64,000 bases of DNA. Source: Deinococcales bacterium. GTDB taxonomy: Bacteria; Deinococcota; Deinococci; Deinococcales; JAAFIG01. Below are positions 48,253-58,580 of this stretch, piece after piece (the stretch's first letter is position 1; each line of letters begins with the position of its first letter). The position numbers and the translations under genes are program-made. The stretch lies in contig JAYVRX010000047.1 of assembly GCA_043775825.1 (NCBI GenBank), positions 7,027 to 71,026 of the forward strand. Reading direction: 5' to 3'. Under the pieces are notes generated by a model, which was not told the origin of the DNA, searched no databases, and was given only the letters and a program-made list of their open reading frames with translations.

Positions 48253-49071
48253 TTAAGCCGCCTCTTTGACCGCCAAATCCACCGTCAAAATCCTGACCAG
48301 ACGTTCACGCAAAGCAGTATATTCGAGCGTTTTGGTCATCTCGGTACGGTTGCGCGGGCGTTCAAATGGAACATCAATGACATCAAAAATCCTGGCTTTA
48401 GGACCATTGGTCATAATCACGATACGGTCAGACAAATACATTGCCTCGTCAATATCGTGCGTCACCATCACCACAGTCTCGGCGTTGGACTCGCCGTACA
48501 ACATTTTGTTCAACTGCTCCTGCAAACCGCCACGGGTTAAGGCATCGAGCGCCCCAAACGGTTCGTCCAACAGCATCACCCTGGGATTAATCGCAAACGC
48601 CCTGGCAATCGCCACGCGCTGCTTCATGCCGCCAGAAATTTCGTGCGGGCGCTTGTGACGGTGCTGCCACAAACCAACCGCCCTCAAATACTCCTCGCTG
48701 CGTCCAACTTGCATCAAATTATCGATCTCGGGACACGATGCCTCTACCGCCTCGAGCACGTTTTCCTCGACGGTTAACCACGGCAGCAACGAATAATTTT
48801 GAAACACCACCGCACGGTCAGGACCTGGACCTTTAATCTCCTGCCCCTCGAGCTTGACAAAACCCGTGCTGGGTTTCTCAAGTCCGGCGATCATAGAAAG
48901 CAGTGTGCTTTTACCACAACCCGAATGTCCGATCAAACTGACAAATTCACCCGCCGCAATCTCGAGATCAACCGCCTCGAGCGCAGTGTACCCGCCGTTT
49001 TTACCTGGAAAGTGCTTGGAAAGATTTTTGATTTCAATGCCAGTGTTTGCCGTCTCGAGTTTTAAAGTCAT
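48253..49071 (-). CDS. nrtD: Nitrate/sulfonate/bicarbonate-type ABC transporter ATPase (NrtD-like)
   Basis: GHSGCGKST Walker A, LSGGMKQRV signature, LLLDEPF Walker B. SD ggagga before ATG 49071. Confidence 0.88.
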   Translation of the reverse strand: MTLKLETANTGIEIKNLSKHFPGKNGGYTALEAVDLEIAAGEFVSLIGHSGCGKSTLLSMIAGLEKPSTGFVKLEGQEIKGPGPDRAVVFQNYSLLPWLTVEENVLEAVEASCPEIDNLMQVGRSEEYLRAVGLWQHRHKRPHEISGGMKQRVAIARAFAINPRVMLLDEPFGALDALTRGGLQEQLNKMLYGESNAETVVMVTHDIDEAMYLSDRIVIMTNGPKARIFDVIDVPFERPRNRTEMTKTLEYTALRERLVRILTVDLAVKEAA

Positions 49072-49163
49072 GAAATCGTATCCTCCGATTGACGTAACGT
49101 GCGCTGTGCGCATCATAACCGCGTAAAAAACGGTGCGCACGGCGCACCCTACCAGTTTGTGCT

Positions 49164-50003
49164 TTATCCGCCGTAAGAAACTTTTCTCGAGAGCCAATCG
49201 AAACCCTTGTCGAACAGCAAGCCCGTCAAACCAATCAGGGCAATGGCGCTGATGACTTTTTCGTAACTTAAGGCGTTGTAAGAATCCCAAGCGAAGAATC
49301 CAATGCCGCTCGCGCCAGACAGCATTTCGGCGGCAACAATCACCATCCAGGCAATGCCGAGGCTGACACGCAAGCCAGTCACAATGTGCGGCAATGCAAA
49401 TGGTAGCAGCACGCGGCGCACGTAACGATCACTGGAGAAATTAAAGACTTTGGCAACGTTTTTAAAATCTTTCGGCACGGCTGCCACGCCAAAATAGGTG
49501 TTGATCACGGTGGGCCACAAGCTGGTAATGAAAATCACGAAGACCAGAGCGTTGGGCGCACTTTTGATTGCCACAAGCGCCAGCGGATACCAGGCGAGCG
49601 GCGAAACGGGGCGCAAGACTTGCACAATCGGATTCACAAGCCTGTGAATAAATTGCACTGAACCCATCAAAATGCCGAGTGGCACGGCAACAACCGCCCC
49701 CAGAAACCAACCCAAACCGACGCGCTGCAAACTCGAGAGCAACAACAATCCCACACCTTGATCATTTGGTCCGCCGTAATGAAATGGGTTTTTAATCAAA
49801 TCCCAGAACACACCAACGGTTGCCTGCGGCGAGGGCAAATCAGTGCCAACAAATACCCGCACGATCAACCAAACCGCCACAATCAAGCTTAAACTACCAA
49901 GCGTAAACGCCAAGGTCGTCAGGCTCGAGCGCAACCAAGCAGGTACGACTGGGGTTTTTGGAGTCTCGAGATTCGAGTTTGAACGACCTATTCCTCGGTT
50001 CAT
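49164..50003 (-). CDS. nrtB: Nitrate ABC transporter permease (NrtB-like)
   Basis: BPD-type permease with an EAA-like loop. SD aagggga before ATG 50003. Confidence 0.85.
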   Translation of the reverse strand: MNRGIGRSNSNLETPKTPVVPAWLRSSLTTLAFTLGSLSLIVAVWLIVRVFVGTDLPSPQATVGVFWDLIKNPFHYGGPNDQGVGLLLLSSLQRVGLGWFLGAVVAVPLGILMGSVQFIHRLVNPIVQVLRPVSPLAWYPLALVAIKSAPNALVFVIFITSLWPTVINTYFGVAAVPKDFKNVAKVFNFSSDRYVRRVLLPFALPHIVTGLRVSLGIAWMVIVAAEMLSGASGIGFFAWDSYNALSYEKVISAIALIGLTGLLFDKGFDWLSRKVSYGG

Positions 50004-50013
50004 GATTCTCCCC

Positions 50014-51252
50014 TTATTTCGCGGCTTCTTTGAGGTACGCGGCTGGATTGTTCGGATCAAATTTGGATTTGTCCAAGGTCATCGTCCACGGTTTCATGTC
50101 GTCGGCTGGCAGGTTTAAACCAAGCTCTTTGGCAACCTCGCGGTAAAGGTCTTGCATAATTAGTTTGTCGGCAATCGCTTTGGCATCCGCTGGGAATGGT
50201 TTGTAACCAAAACGGGCGTACTGCGCCAAGAACCAAATACCGTGCGCTAAGCGCGGCATCGAAACTTTGCCGTCGCGCGAGAACACCATGCGGTCATCAA
50301 GAAATTGTTTTGTCCCAAGCCCGTTGCCAAAATCGTAACGTCCCTCGAGCCTGGCACCGATCACGTCAGGGCTGGCATTGATGTACTGTGCCGCGCCAAT
50401 CGTGGTGGCAGCTTTGCGAATATTGCCGACTTCATCGAGCCAAGCGGATGCCTCGAGCACAGCTTTCATAATGGCTTTGACTTCATCTTTTTGGGCGCTG
50501 AAAGCTTTGTTCAAAACCAGCGCTTTTTCTGGGTGATGCTTCCAGATTTCCTGGCTGGTGATGGCGGTAAAACCAATTTTTTGCTGCACCGCAACGCCGT
50601 TCCAAGGTTCACCCACCGAATAGCCGATCATGTTGCCAACTTTCATATTGGCAACCATCTGCGGTGGTGGAATCGTGATGATGCGTTGTTTGCCCGTCAC
50701 GCTGGCATCAACGCCCGCATGGTCAAGGTAATTGCGCAACCACATGTCGTGCGTGCCACCAGGGAAGGTCATGGCAAACGTTGTGTCTTTGCCGTCCGCC
50801 AGGAGTTTCTCGAGCGCCCCTTTGAGTTTGCTGGGGTCACGTCCGACGTTGCCAAGAGCATTTGCCAGCGTAATGCCTTGACCGTTGTTGTTTAAAATCA
50901 TGGCAATCGGCATTTCCTTGCCGGCTTGTCCACCAATGCCCGAGTAAACACTAAACGGCATTCCGAACAAACAGTGAGCACCTTGAATATCACCGTTCAA
51001 AACACCGTCACGCAGCGCAGCCCATGAGGCTTGCTTCACGACTTCGACATCAACGCCGTACTTTTTAAACAAACCCAATTCTTTTGCCATGATAATGCTG
51101 GCGGAATCGGTCAGGGCAATAAAACCAAGCTTGATCGTATTGGCGGCTTTGGACTGAATCCAAATGTTGGGCAGGGCGAAAGTTACTGCCGTTCCAGCCG
51201 CGATCTTCAAAAAATCACGACGGGAAACTCGAGACGAAGCTTTTTTGTTCAT
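50014..51252 (-). CDS. nrtA: Nitrate ABC transporter substrate-binding protein (NrtA/CmpA-like) with Tat signal
   Basis: SRRDFLKIAAGTAV twin-arginine signal, NrtA-like body. SD ggagga before ATG 51252. Confidence 0.88.
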   Translation of the reverse strand: MNKKASSRVSRRDFLKIAAGTAVTFALPNIWIQSKAANTIKLGFIALTDSASIIMAKELGLFKKYGVDVEVVKQASWAALRDGVLNGDIQGAHCLFGMPFSVYSGIGGQAGKEMPIAMILNNNGQGITLANALGNVGRDPSKLKGALEKLLADGKDTTFAMTFPGGTHDMWLRNYLDHAGVDASVTGKQRIITIPPPQMVANMKVGNMIGYSVGEPWNGVAVQQKIGFTAITSQEIWKHHPEKALVLNKAFSAQKDEVKAIMKAVLEASAWLDEVGNIRKAATTIGAAQYINASPDVIGARLEGRYDFGNGLGTKQFLDDRMVFSRDGKVSMPRLAHGIWFLAQYARFGYKPFPADAKAIADKLIMQDLYREVAKELGLNLPADDMKPWTMTLDKSKFDPNNPAAYLKEAAK

Positions 51253-51270
51253 ACAATCCTCCAAAGTTGT

Positions 51271-51291
51271 GGGACGGTTTGAAACCATCCC
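51271..51291 (-). repeat. GGGATGGT-type intercistronic hairpin, copy 3 (diverged)
   Basis: Minus strand: gggatggttt-c-aaaccgtccc, immediately after the nasA stop. It is related to the copies at 39084 and 40557. Confidence 0.55.
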
Positions 51292-53400
51292 TTAGGAAAC
51301 AGCGATTTTTACGGCACAAACCTTAAATTCTGGCATTCTCGAGGTGGGATCGAGCGCGGCTGAGGTCAAACGGTTGATGGCTTCTGCGCCTGCAAAATGA
51401 AACGAAACGAACACGGTATCGGCTCGCATTTTGTCGTCAAATAAAACCTTAAAGTCACCCACGCCGCGCCTTGTCTCGAGCTGAACGGCTGCACCATTTG
51501 AAAGGTTGTGTTGCGCCGCGAGGCTCGGGTGCATTTGCGCCAGCGCATGCGGGCTTTTGGCGTTTAAGCTGCTGCGCCGCGTTTGCGTGCCGCTCTGGTA
51601 ATGGTTGACATCGCGCCCAGTGGTTAAAAAAAGCGGATACTCGAGGCTTGGCATTTCCGCGCCCTCACGGTATTTGACGACAGCCAAATGTGCCCGTCCG
51701 TCTTGGTGGGCAAAAAATTTGGTAAACGGTTCTGGTGTGCCAGGATGATTCGGGTGAGGGCAGGGCCAAAAAACGCCGCGTGTACCAATTTTCTGGTAGG
51801 TCAAACCCGAGTAATCGGCTGGCGCACCTCGAGTCGCAGTGGCAAGATCATCGAAAATTTCTTCGACATTTTGGTACAAAAATTTGTCACCATGCCCGAG
51901 CCTAGCGCCAATCTCACAGAGGATTTTCCAGTCTTCCCGCGCCTCGCCTGGGGTGTCCTGGACTTTTCGGCGACGCAAGACGCGACCCTCTAAGTTGGTC
52001 ATTGTGCCGTCCGTTTCAAGCCACATTGAGCCTGGCAGCACAACTTCGGCAAGCGCGGCGGTTTCGGATAAAAAGAAATCCACGACCACCAGATGCTCGA
52101 GTTTCTGTAAGCGCTCCTCGAGTTTGCTGGCATCGGGGGCGCTGACCACGACATTTGAGCCAATCACAAACAAACCTTTAACGCTGCCTCCGCAAGCCTC
52201 GAGCAATTCTTGGGCGCTTAAACCCTTGCCTGGCAGGTCGTCCTCGTCAATGCCCCAGTGCGCGGCAAAATAACCCCTGGCGAGCGGGTCTTGGATACTT
52301 CTGTAGCCTGGGAGCTGATCGGCTTTCTGTCCGTGCTCACGTCCGCCTTGACCATTGCCTTGACCTGTCAGGGGCGCGTAAACGCCGCCCAAACTGAGTG
52401 CCAGGTTGATGATTGCCTTGATCGTGTCCACACCCTTGGATTGTTGCTCTGGACCGCGCCCAGAGAGAATCACCAGACCGCCAAATTTTGCATCGGGCGC
52501 ACTGACGGCTCGAGCCATCAGCCGCGCCGTGTCACGAATCATTTTGGCAGTTAATCCGCACTTGTCGCTCGCCCATTCTGGAGTGCAATCCGTTACGGAC
52601 TTCATGACTTTTTCCCAGCCCACCGTGCGCTTCTCGAGGAACGCCCAACGTTCGCGGGCTTCGTCAATAATCACGTGCAACATTGCCAGCGCCAGTGCCA
52701 AATCGCCGCCAGGTTTAACTGGCAAATAATGCGTTGCCAGACTCGAGGTGCGGGTTGGGCGCGGGTCAATTACAATGATTGGCGCACCCGCTTTTCTGGC
52801 TTTTAGAATGAACTGCGAAACGGGCGGCAGGGTTTCGGCAAGGTTCGCGCCCCACAGCACAATGCAGTCTTTTTGGGTCAGTTTCTCGAGCGGAAACGGC
52901 AAGCCGCGATCCATGCCGTAAACGGCTCGCATCGCTCCTGCGGCGCTGCTCATGCAAAAACGTCCGTTGTAATCGATGTTGGCGGTCTGCATGGCAACCC
53001 GAGCAAATTTTGATAGCAGGTAAACGTGTTCGTTGCTGAGACTGCCGCCGCCAAACACGCCGTAAGCATTCGAGCCGTGTGCCGCCCGAACCGATTTCAT
53101 GCCGTCTACAACTTTGGTTAAAGCCTCTTCCCAAGTTGCTGGCTCGAGGCTTCCGTTTTTGCGCACGAGCGGCGTTAATAGGCGCTCTGGATGGTTGACC
53201 AACTCGAGCGCGTTCAAACCTTTTTTGCAAACCGAACCGCCCGCCACGGGGCATTCCTTGGTAGGTTTCATGGCGGTGGCTGCGCCCGTTTGGACGGCAA
53301 TGTCAAAACTGCACTGCACCGCACAGTAAGGGCAGGTGGTGCGGGTGGTTAGGGCAGGTTGCGCCGTCACTGGAGAAACCTCGAGTAAAGCGGCACTCAC
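51292..53400 (-). CDS. nasA: Assimilatory nitrate reductase, molybdopterin catalytic subunit
   Basis: N-terminal CPYCAVQC...C 4Fe-4S motif and MopB-family body, 702 aa. GTG start. Confidence 0.92.
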   Translation of the reverse strand: MSAALLEVSPVTAQPALTTRTTCPYCAVQCSFDIAVQTGAATAMKPTKECPVAGGSVCKKGLNALELVNHPERLLTPLVRKNGSLEPATWEEALTKVVDGMKSVRAAHGSNAYGVFGGGSLSNEHVYLLSKFARVAMQTANIDYNGRFCMSSAAGAMRAVYGMDRGLPFPLEKLTQKDCIVLWGANLAETLPPVSQFILKARKAGAPIIVIDPRPTRTSSLATHYLPVKPGGDLALALAMLHVIIDEARERWAFLEKRTVGWEKVMKSVTDCTPEWASDKCGLTAKMIRDTARLMARAVSAPDAKFGGLVILSGRGPEQQSKGVDTIKAIINLALSLGGVYAPLTGQGNGQGGREHGQKADQLPGYRSIQDPLARGYFAAHWGIDEDDLPGKGLSAQELLEACGGSVKGLFVIGSNVVVSAPDASKLEERLQKLEHLVVVDFFLSETAALAEVVLPGSMWLETDGTMTNLEGRVLRRRKVQDTPGEAREDWKILCEIGARLGHGDKFLYQNVEEIFDDLATATRGAPADYSGLTYQKIGTRGVFWPCPHPNHPGTPEPFTKFFAHQDGRAHLAVVKYREGAEMPSLEYPLFLTTGRDVNHYQSGTQTRRSSLNAKSPHALAQMHPSLAAQHNLSNGAAVQLETRRGVGDFKVLFDDKMRADTVFVSFHFAGAEAINRLTSAALDPTSRMPEFKVCAVKIAVS

Positions 53401-53444
53401 ACTTGACCTTGTTTGGGTTTTGGCGTGTGCAAATTCGAGGTCAT
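53397..53444 (-). CDS. Possible 15-codon upstream ORF translationally coupled to nasA
   Basis: acaaggaaaatcaacc ATG ACC TCG AAT TTG CAC ACG CCA AAA CCC AAA CAA GGT CAA GTG TGA. The stop overlaps the nasA GTG start (GTGTGA). Confidence 0.3.
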   Translation of the reverse strand: MTSNLHTPKPKQGQV

Positions 53445-53519
53445 GGTTGATTTTCCTTGTCTGAAACGGTATTTATCAGAATTTTGTGATTTGGTGCACA
53501 GACAACTTTCTCGAGCGTC

Positions 53520-53548
53520 AATCTAAAACAACAATTGCAAAGTGTCAA
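53520..53548 (-). promoter_or_regulatory. Candidate sigma-70-type promoter of nasA operon
   Basis: Minus strand: TTGACA - 17 nt - TAGATT. Confidence 0.45.
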
Positions 53549-53784
53549 GCAAAAACTTACATAGTGTTCAATAATTTATGTACAAATTGCAAATGCAAGG
53601 TTCAGGGGATTTGACCGATTTTCGATTTTAAATTACTCGAGAGTTAGAAAAAACTCAAAATTATGCTTGAATAACATTCAAAATCCGCATTCTCGAGAAA
53701 TTTTTAGAAATCTCGAGCATTAAAGAATCATAAAATCTCGACTTTAAGGTGTACACCATAAAGTGACACTTGTACATATTTTGG

Positions 53785-53813
53785 TTGACAGTTTGCAAAA
53801 ATTTCTCTAACAT
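53785..53813 (+). promoter_or_regulatory. Candidate sigma-70-type promoter of nirBD
   Basis: TTGACA (53785-53790) - 17 nt - TAACAT (53808-53813), about 45 nt upstream of the nirB ATG, which has SD aggagg. Confidence 0.5.
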
Positions 53814-53855
53814 AAACTCAACGTCACGATTGACGCGTGACAGGAGGTATACAAA

Positions 53856-56378
53856 ATGGCTCATCAAGCAATCGTTGTGATCGGCAACGGCATGGTCGGA
53901 CACAAGTTCCTCGAGTCCTTAATGGGTTCGGGGCAGCATTTTGACATTACGATCATCAATGAGGAGGCACACCTGGCGTATGACCGCGTTCACCTCAGTT
54001 CGTACTTCGAGACGCCCGCGCCAGATTTAAGCCTTGGACGACAGGCGGATTACGAAGCCTGGGGTGTCAAGGTCGCCTGGGGAAAAGCCAGCAGCATTGA
54101 CCGCGAAACCAAGAACGTTTACGTCGGCGATCAACGTTTTCCTTACGACATTCTGGTGCTGGCGACAGGTTCTTTTCCGTTCGTACCACCCGTTCCAGGC
54201 AAAGACCTGAACGGCGTTTTTGTTTACCGCACGCTCGAGGATTTGGACAAAATTCGCAGTTACAGCCACAACAGCAAAGTCGGCGTGGTCATCGGTGGCG
54301 GTCTGCTCGGACTGGAAGCCGCAGGTGCGCTAAAAAACCTTGGACTGACCGCCCACGTCGTCGAATTCGCCCCGCGCCTGATGCCCGTGCAAGTGGACGA
54401 GGCGGGCGGCAAAATGCTGAAACGCAAAATTGAAGACATGGGCATTGGCGTTCATGTTGCCAAAAGCACCGAATGTATTTTTGACACTAACGACTCGGGC
54501 AACGTCGCAGGCTTAAAATTTGCCGACGGTCAAACCCTCGAGGCGGACATGGTGGTCTTCAGCGCAGGCATTCGCCCCCGCGACGAACTGGCTCGAGCCT
54601 CGGGAATTGAAGTTGGCGAACGTGGCGGTATTGTGATCGACGATTCCTGCCGCACCAGCGATGCAAGCATTTACGCCATTGGCGAGTGCGCATTGCACTC
54701 TGGACGAATTTACGGTTTGGTCGCGCCAGGCTACACGATGGCAAGGGTTTTAGCCGACGTTTTAACGGGCGGCGAGCAACGTTTTGAGGGCGCAGATTTA
54801 AGCACCAAACTCAAACTTCTGGGCGTTGATGTCGCCTCGTTCGGTGATTCGTTTGCCAAAACACCAGGCGCGGAAGAGATGAGTTTCATTGACCCCATCA
54901 AAGGCTCGTACAAAAAAATTGTGCTCTCGAGCGACGGCACAACATTGCTCGGTGGTGTGCTGGTCGGTGACACCAGCGATTACGGCATGTTGATCGCTCA
55001 AGTTCAAGCCAACACGGTATTAACCAACCCTGCCGAATTGATCGTGCCAAGTTTCGACGGTGCTCGAGTCAAAGCCGCACTGCCTGACAGCGCCATGATC
55101 TGCTCTTGCGAGAACGTTTCCAAAGGCGCGATTGTCAGTGCCATTCGTGACGGCGCAAACAACCTGGCTAGCATCAAAACCGCCACCAAAGCCTGCACGG
55201 GTTGCGGCGGTTGTGCGGCGCTCTGCAAAGACGTGCTCAATGCCGAATTGGTGGCTATGGGTCAAACCGTCAACAATTACGTCTGCGAGCATTTTGAATT
55301 CTCGAGGCAAGAACTTTACGACATCATTCGGGTGCGCCAATACCAAAGCTTTGATCAAGTCCTCGAGCATCACGGACACGGCGAAGGCTGCGAAATTTGT
55401 AAACCTGCCGTTGCCAGCATCCTTGCCAGCCTGTACGAAGAATATGTTCTCAAAGATGGACTGGCGGTTTTGCAAGACACCAATGACCGCTTCCTCGCCA
55501 ACATGCAGCGCGACGGCACGTACAGCGTCGTACCGCGCATGGCGGGCGGCGAGGTCACGCCAGAAGGCTTGATCGCCGTCGGCAGCGTCGCCAAAAAATA
55601 CGGCTTGTACACCAAACTGACCGGCGGGCAACGCGTGGACATGTTCGGCGCGAGGCTCGAGCAACTGCCATACATTTGGCAAGAATTGATTGCCGCAGGT
55701 TTTGAAAGCGGTCACGCTTACGGCAAAGCCTTGCGCACCGTCAAAAGTTGCGTTGGCAGTACCTGGTGCAGGTACGGCGTCCAAGACAGCACCGCAATGG
55801 CGGTGCTGCTCGAGAATCGTTACAAAGGTTTACGCGCCCCGCACAAACTCAAATCTGCCGTGTCGGGTTGCACCCGAGAATGCGCCGAAGCCCAAAGCAA
55901 AGATTTCGGCATTATCGCCACCGAACGCGGTTACAACCTGTTTGTTTGCGGCAACGGCGGCATGAAACCACGTCACGCCGACCTGTTCGCCAGCGACCTC
56001 GACGACGCGACATTGATTCGTTACATTGACCGCTTTTTAATGTTTTACATCCGCACCGCAGACCGTTTGCAACGCACCAGCGTCTGGCTCGAGAAAATGC
56101 CAGGCGGTATTGAATACCTCAAGCAAGTGATTATCAAAGATTCCTTGGGCATTTGCGCCGAACTTGAAGCCGACATGGAAAACCACGTCAAAAATTACCA
56201 ATGCGAATGGGCTGCCACGCTCGAGAATCCAGAAAAAATGGCGACCTTCAAGCATTTTGTGAATTCTGACCTGCAAGACGAAAACATTGTTTTTGTCAAA
56301 GACCGCGACCAGCACCGTCCGATTTACGATTTTGAACGACTCGAGGCGCTACCGATGTTGAACATTGCCAACGATTGA
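53856..56378 (+). CDS. nirB: NAD(P)H-nitrite reductase large subunit
   Basis: 840 aa with an FAD/NAD Rossmann start (IVVIGNGMVGHKF), a BFD-like 2Fe-2S region (CSCENV...CTGCGGC) and siroheme/4Fe-4S motifs (CVGSTWC, GCTREC). Confidence 0.95.
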   Translation: MAHQAIVVIGNGMVGHKFLESLMGSGQHFDITIINEEAHLAYDRVHLSSYFETPAPDLSLGRQADYEAWGVKVAWGKASSIDRETKNVYVGDQRFPYDILVLATGSFPFVPPVPGKDLNGVFVYRTLEDLDKIRSYSHNSKVGVVIGGGLLGLEAAGALKNLGLTAHVVEFAPRLMPVQVDEAGGKMLKRKIEDMGIGVHVAKSTECIFDTNDSGNVAGLKFADGQTLEADMVVFSAGIRPRDELARASGIEVGERGGIVIDDSCRTSDASIYAIGECALHSGRIYGLVAPGYTMARVLADVLTGGEQRFEGADLSTKLKLLGVDVASFGDSFAKTPGAEEMSFIDPIKGSYKKIVLSSDGTTLLGGVLVGDTSDYGMLIAQVQANTVLTNPAELIVPSFDGARVKAALPDSAMICSCENVSKGAIVSAIRDGANNLASIKTATKACTGCGGCAALCKDVLNAELVAMGQTVNNYVCEHFEFSRQELYDIIRVRQYQSFDQVLEHHGHGEGCEICKPAVASILASLYEEYVLKDGLAVLQDTNDRFLANMQRDGTYSVVPRMAGGEVTPEGLIAVGSVAKKYGLYTKLTGGQRVDMFGARLEQLPYIWQELIAAGFESGHAYGKALRTVKSCVGSTWCRYGVQDSTAMAVLLENRYKGLRAPHKLKSAVSGCTRECAEAQSKDFGIIATERGYNLFVCGNGGMKPRHADLFASDLDDATLIRYIDRFLMFYIRTADRLQRTSVWLEKMPGGIEYLKQVIIKDSLGICAELEADMENHVKNYQCEWAATLENPEKMATFKHFVNSDLQDENIVFVKDRDQHRPIYDFERLEALPMLNIAND

Positions 56379-56496
56379 TACAAAAAATGTCTACGATCTC
56401 ACCTGAAGCTCTCACCCGACTTCTTACCCCTGAAAGCAGCACCTAGCGGGCATGGTCGCTAAGCGAAAGAAGGTTCAGGACACCAAATTTTCGCTA

Positions 56497-56558
56497 CTCG
56501 AGAATTAAATAAAACTCCCTTCTCCCGCCTGCGGGAGAAGGGTCGGGGATGAGGGTGG
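56497..56558 (+). repeat. REP-like hairpin element, copy D
   Basis: ctcgagaattaAATAAAACTCCCTTCTCCCGCctGCGGGAGAAGGGTCGGGGATGAGGGTGG, intercistronic between nirB and nirD. Confidence 0.8.
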
Positions 56559-56618
56559 AGAAAGTACCAGTTTCATTTGATTTGCCCCCCAAGCTCGAGA
56601 AACCCATAAGGAGATCAC

Positions 56619-56987
56619 ATGCCCACCACACTCGCCGCAAAACCACTCGAAACCACTTGGACAGACATCTGCAAGCTCGAGCAAATCCCCGTTGCTGGAG
56701 GCGTGAACGCCTTGGTCGAAAACACTCAAGTTGCAGTTTTTCGCACCCGAGAGGACAAGCTTTTTGCGGTCTCTAACTTCGATCCGTTCTCCAAAGCCAA
56801 CGTCATGTCCAGAGGCATTTTTGGCAGCACCAAACGCGACGGACGTGATGTCTACAAAATTGCATCGCCAATTCTCAAGAACACTTTTGATCTCGAGACG
56901 GGGCAAAGTTTTGATGATCCAAGCGTATTCTTGCGGGTTTTTAACGTCAAACTCGAGGCTGGGCGGGTTTTGGTTGGCACACTGTAA
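56619..56987 (+). CDS. nirD: Nitrite reductase small subunit (Rieske-like fold)
   Basis: 122 aa. WTDICKLEQIPVAGGVNALV...VFRTREDKLFAVSNFDPFS is a typical NirD sequence. Confidence 0.88.
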   Translation: MPTTLAAKPLETTWTDICKLEQIPVAGGVNALVENTQVAVFRTREDKLFAVSNFDPFSKANVMSRGIFGSTKRDGRDVYKIASPILKNTFDLETGQSFDDPSVFLRVFNVKLEAGRVLVGTL

Positions 56988-56996
56988 ACTGCATTT

Positions 56997-57812
56997 ATGA
57001 CCGTACCCGCAAATTTTAATGGCGCAACAGTGCTCGCACTTGAGAGCCGTCGTGCCAGCGACATGCAAACCCTGATCGAAAGTTTTGGTGGGCTAGGCAC
57101 GGTTGCGCCCAGCATTCGTGAAGTGCCACTCGAGGAGAATGCGGAATCGCTCGAGTTTCAAACCGCATTGACCAGCCATACGGTTTCTGACTTGGTCTGT
57201 ATGACTGGTGTCGGCACAAAATTTTTGTTGCGGCAATTGTCACCCGAAGCTTTAGCTGCCCTGCAAAACGTCAACTTGGTCTTACGCAGCAACAAAGCCG
57301 TGGCGGTCTTGCGCGAACACGATCTGAGGGGAACACTGGTCAGCGAACCACACACTTGGCATGAGGTGCTCGAGTATTACCAGAACATTGAAACACTCGA
57401 GAATCGAAAAGTTTGGATTGCCGAATTTGGCGAGGATACGCCCAAAGCATTCGTGAGCGCCCTCGAGAAGCTGGGCGCACGTGTTCACTTGTTGCCCGTC
57501 TACCGTTGGGCGTTGCCCGAAGACACAGCGCCGCTCGAGCGAGCCGTGCATGGTGTGATCGCGGGTCAATTTGAGTGGTTGTTGTTGACCAGCGGTGTTC
57601 AACTTTGGCACGCCGTGGAATTTGCCAGAACTTTAGGCTTGGTCACTGACTTCAAAACTGCGCTCGAAAAGCTCCGAATTGCCAGCATTGGACCCGCCTG
57701 CGATGAGGCGATTACTGAACTTGGGTTTAAACCAACCGTTCAAGCCCAGCCGCACAAGATGGGGGTACTGGTTCGGGTTGCGGCGCTAAAACATTCTGAA
57801 ATGTCAGTCTGA
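56997..57812 (+). CDS. Uroporphyrinogen-III synthase (HemD)-like protein
   Basis: Two-lobed HEM4-like pattern (VLALESRRASD..., LLLTSGVQLWH...). Its position in a siroheme-dependent nir operon fits this call. Confidence 0.7.
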   Translation: MTVPANFNGATVLALESRRASDMQTLIESFGGLGTVAPSIREVPLEENAESLEFQTALTSHTVSDLVCMTGVGTKFLLRQLSPEALAALQNVNLVLRSNKAVAVLREHDLRGTLVSEPHTWHEVLEYYQNIETLENRKVWIAEFGEDTPKAFVSALEKLGARVHLLPVYRWALPEDTAPLERAVHGVIAGQFEWLLLTSGVQLWHAVEFARTLGLVTDFKTALEKLRIASIGPACDEAITELGFKPTVQAQPHKMGVLVRVAALKHSEMSV

Positions 57813-57816
57813 AGAT

Positions 57817-58518
57817 TCATTTCAAACTTGCCAACATTTCTTTCGCACTTTCCAAAGCCCGTTTCTCGAGAAAACTGCTTGCCTCGAGTTTTACTGCCAC
57901 CTCGAGTTGTGATTTTGCGGCATCACGGTATTTTTGACCGTCGAGCTTGAGTACGGCTTTGGCATAAGTCAGGCGTACCGTAACCGATTTTGGTGCGATT
58001 TGAACGGCACTCTCGAACAAAGAAAAGACTTTCTCGGGTTTTCCACCGTACAAAAACCCCACCCCTCGAGAGACAATTTCGGCGTGCCACGACCCAAGCG
58101 CGATCATGGCAGAGGTGTGCTTTGGGTCGAGCGCGATGGCTTTCTCGAAATTTTCACGCACGGTTACAGCCACGCCCGATGCAAAGGCGTAAGCCGCACC
58201 GCGCAAGTTACCCAATTGCCCCGTGGTTGCGCCCAATTCAAAGTAGGCATCGGCATTTTGGGCATCAAGCTTGACGGCTTTTTGAGCATACTTTTCGGCT
58301 TGCTCGAGAATTGCCAAACGGGCTTCTTTGGGTTGCTGATTGGAGAATTCAAATAAACTTCTGGCAGCCAAGGCATAACCCGCACTGCTCTCGAGCGTCA
58401 GGGCGACTTTGAGGGCTTCTGAAAATTTGCCGTTGTTAAATAAGGTTTTTGCATCCTCGAGCGAAGCTGCCCCGAAGGCAACGCCAAGCATAAACAACAG
58501 TGTTATCAAAAGTTTCAT
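57817..58518 (-). CDS. Secreted TPR/Sel1-like repeat protein
   Basis: Signal peptide MKLLITLLFMLGVAFGA, then helical repeats rich in A/L/K/Y. Confidence 0.7.
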   Translation of the reverse strand: MKLLITLLFMLGVAFGAASLEDAKTLFNNGKFSEALKVALTLESSAGYALAARSLFEFSNQQPKEARLAILEQAEKYAQKAVKLDAQNADAYFELGATTGQLGNLRGAAYAFASGVAVTVRENFEKAIALDPKHTSAMIALGSWHAEIVSRGVGFLYGGKPEKVFSLFESAVQIAPKSVTVRLTYAKAVLKLDGQKYRDAAKSQLEVAVKLEASSFLEKRALESAKEMLASLK

Positions 58519-58580
58519 GACTCGAGTTTAAAGGCTCTTGATGACTCGAGAATGTGATGATGATGTAAGGATTCAGGTAG

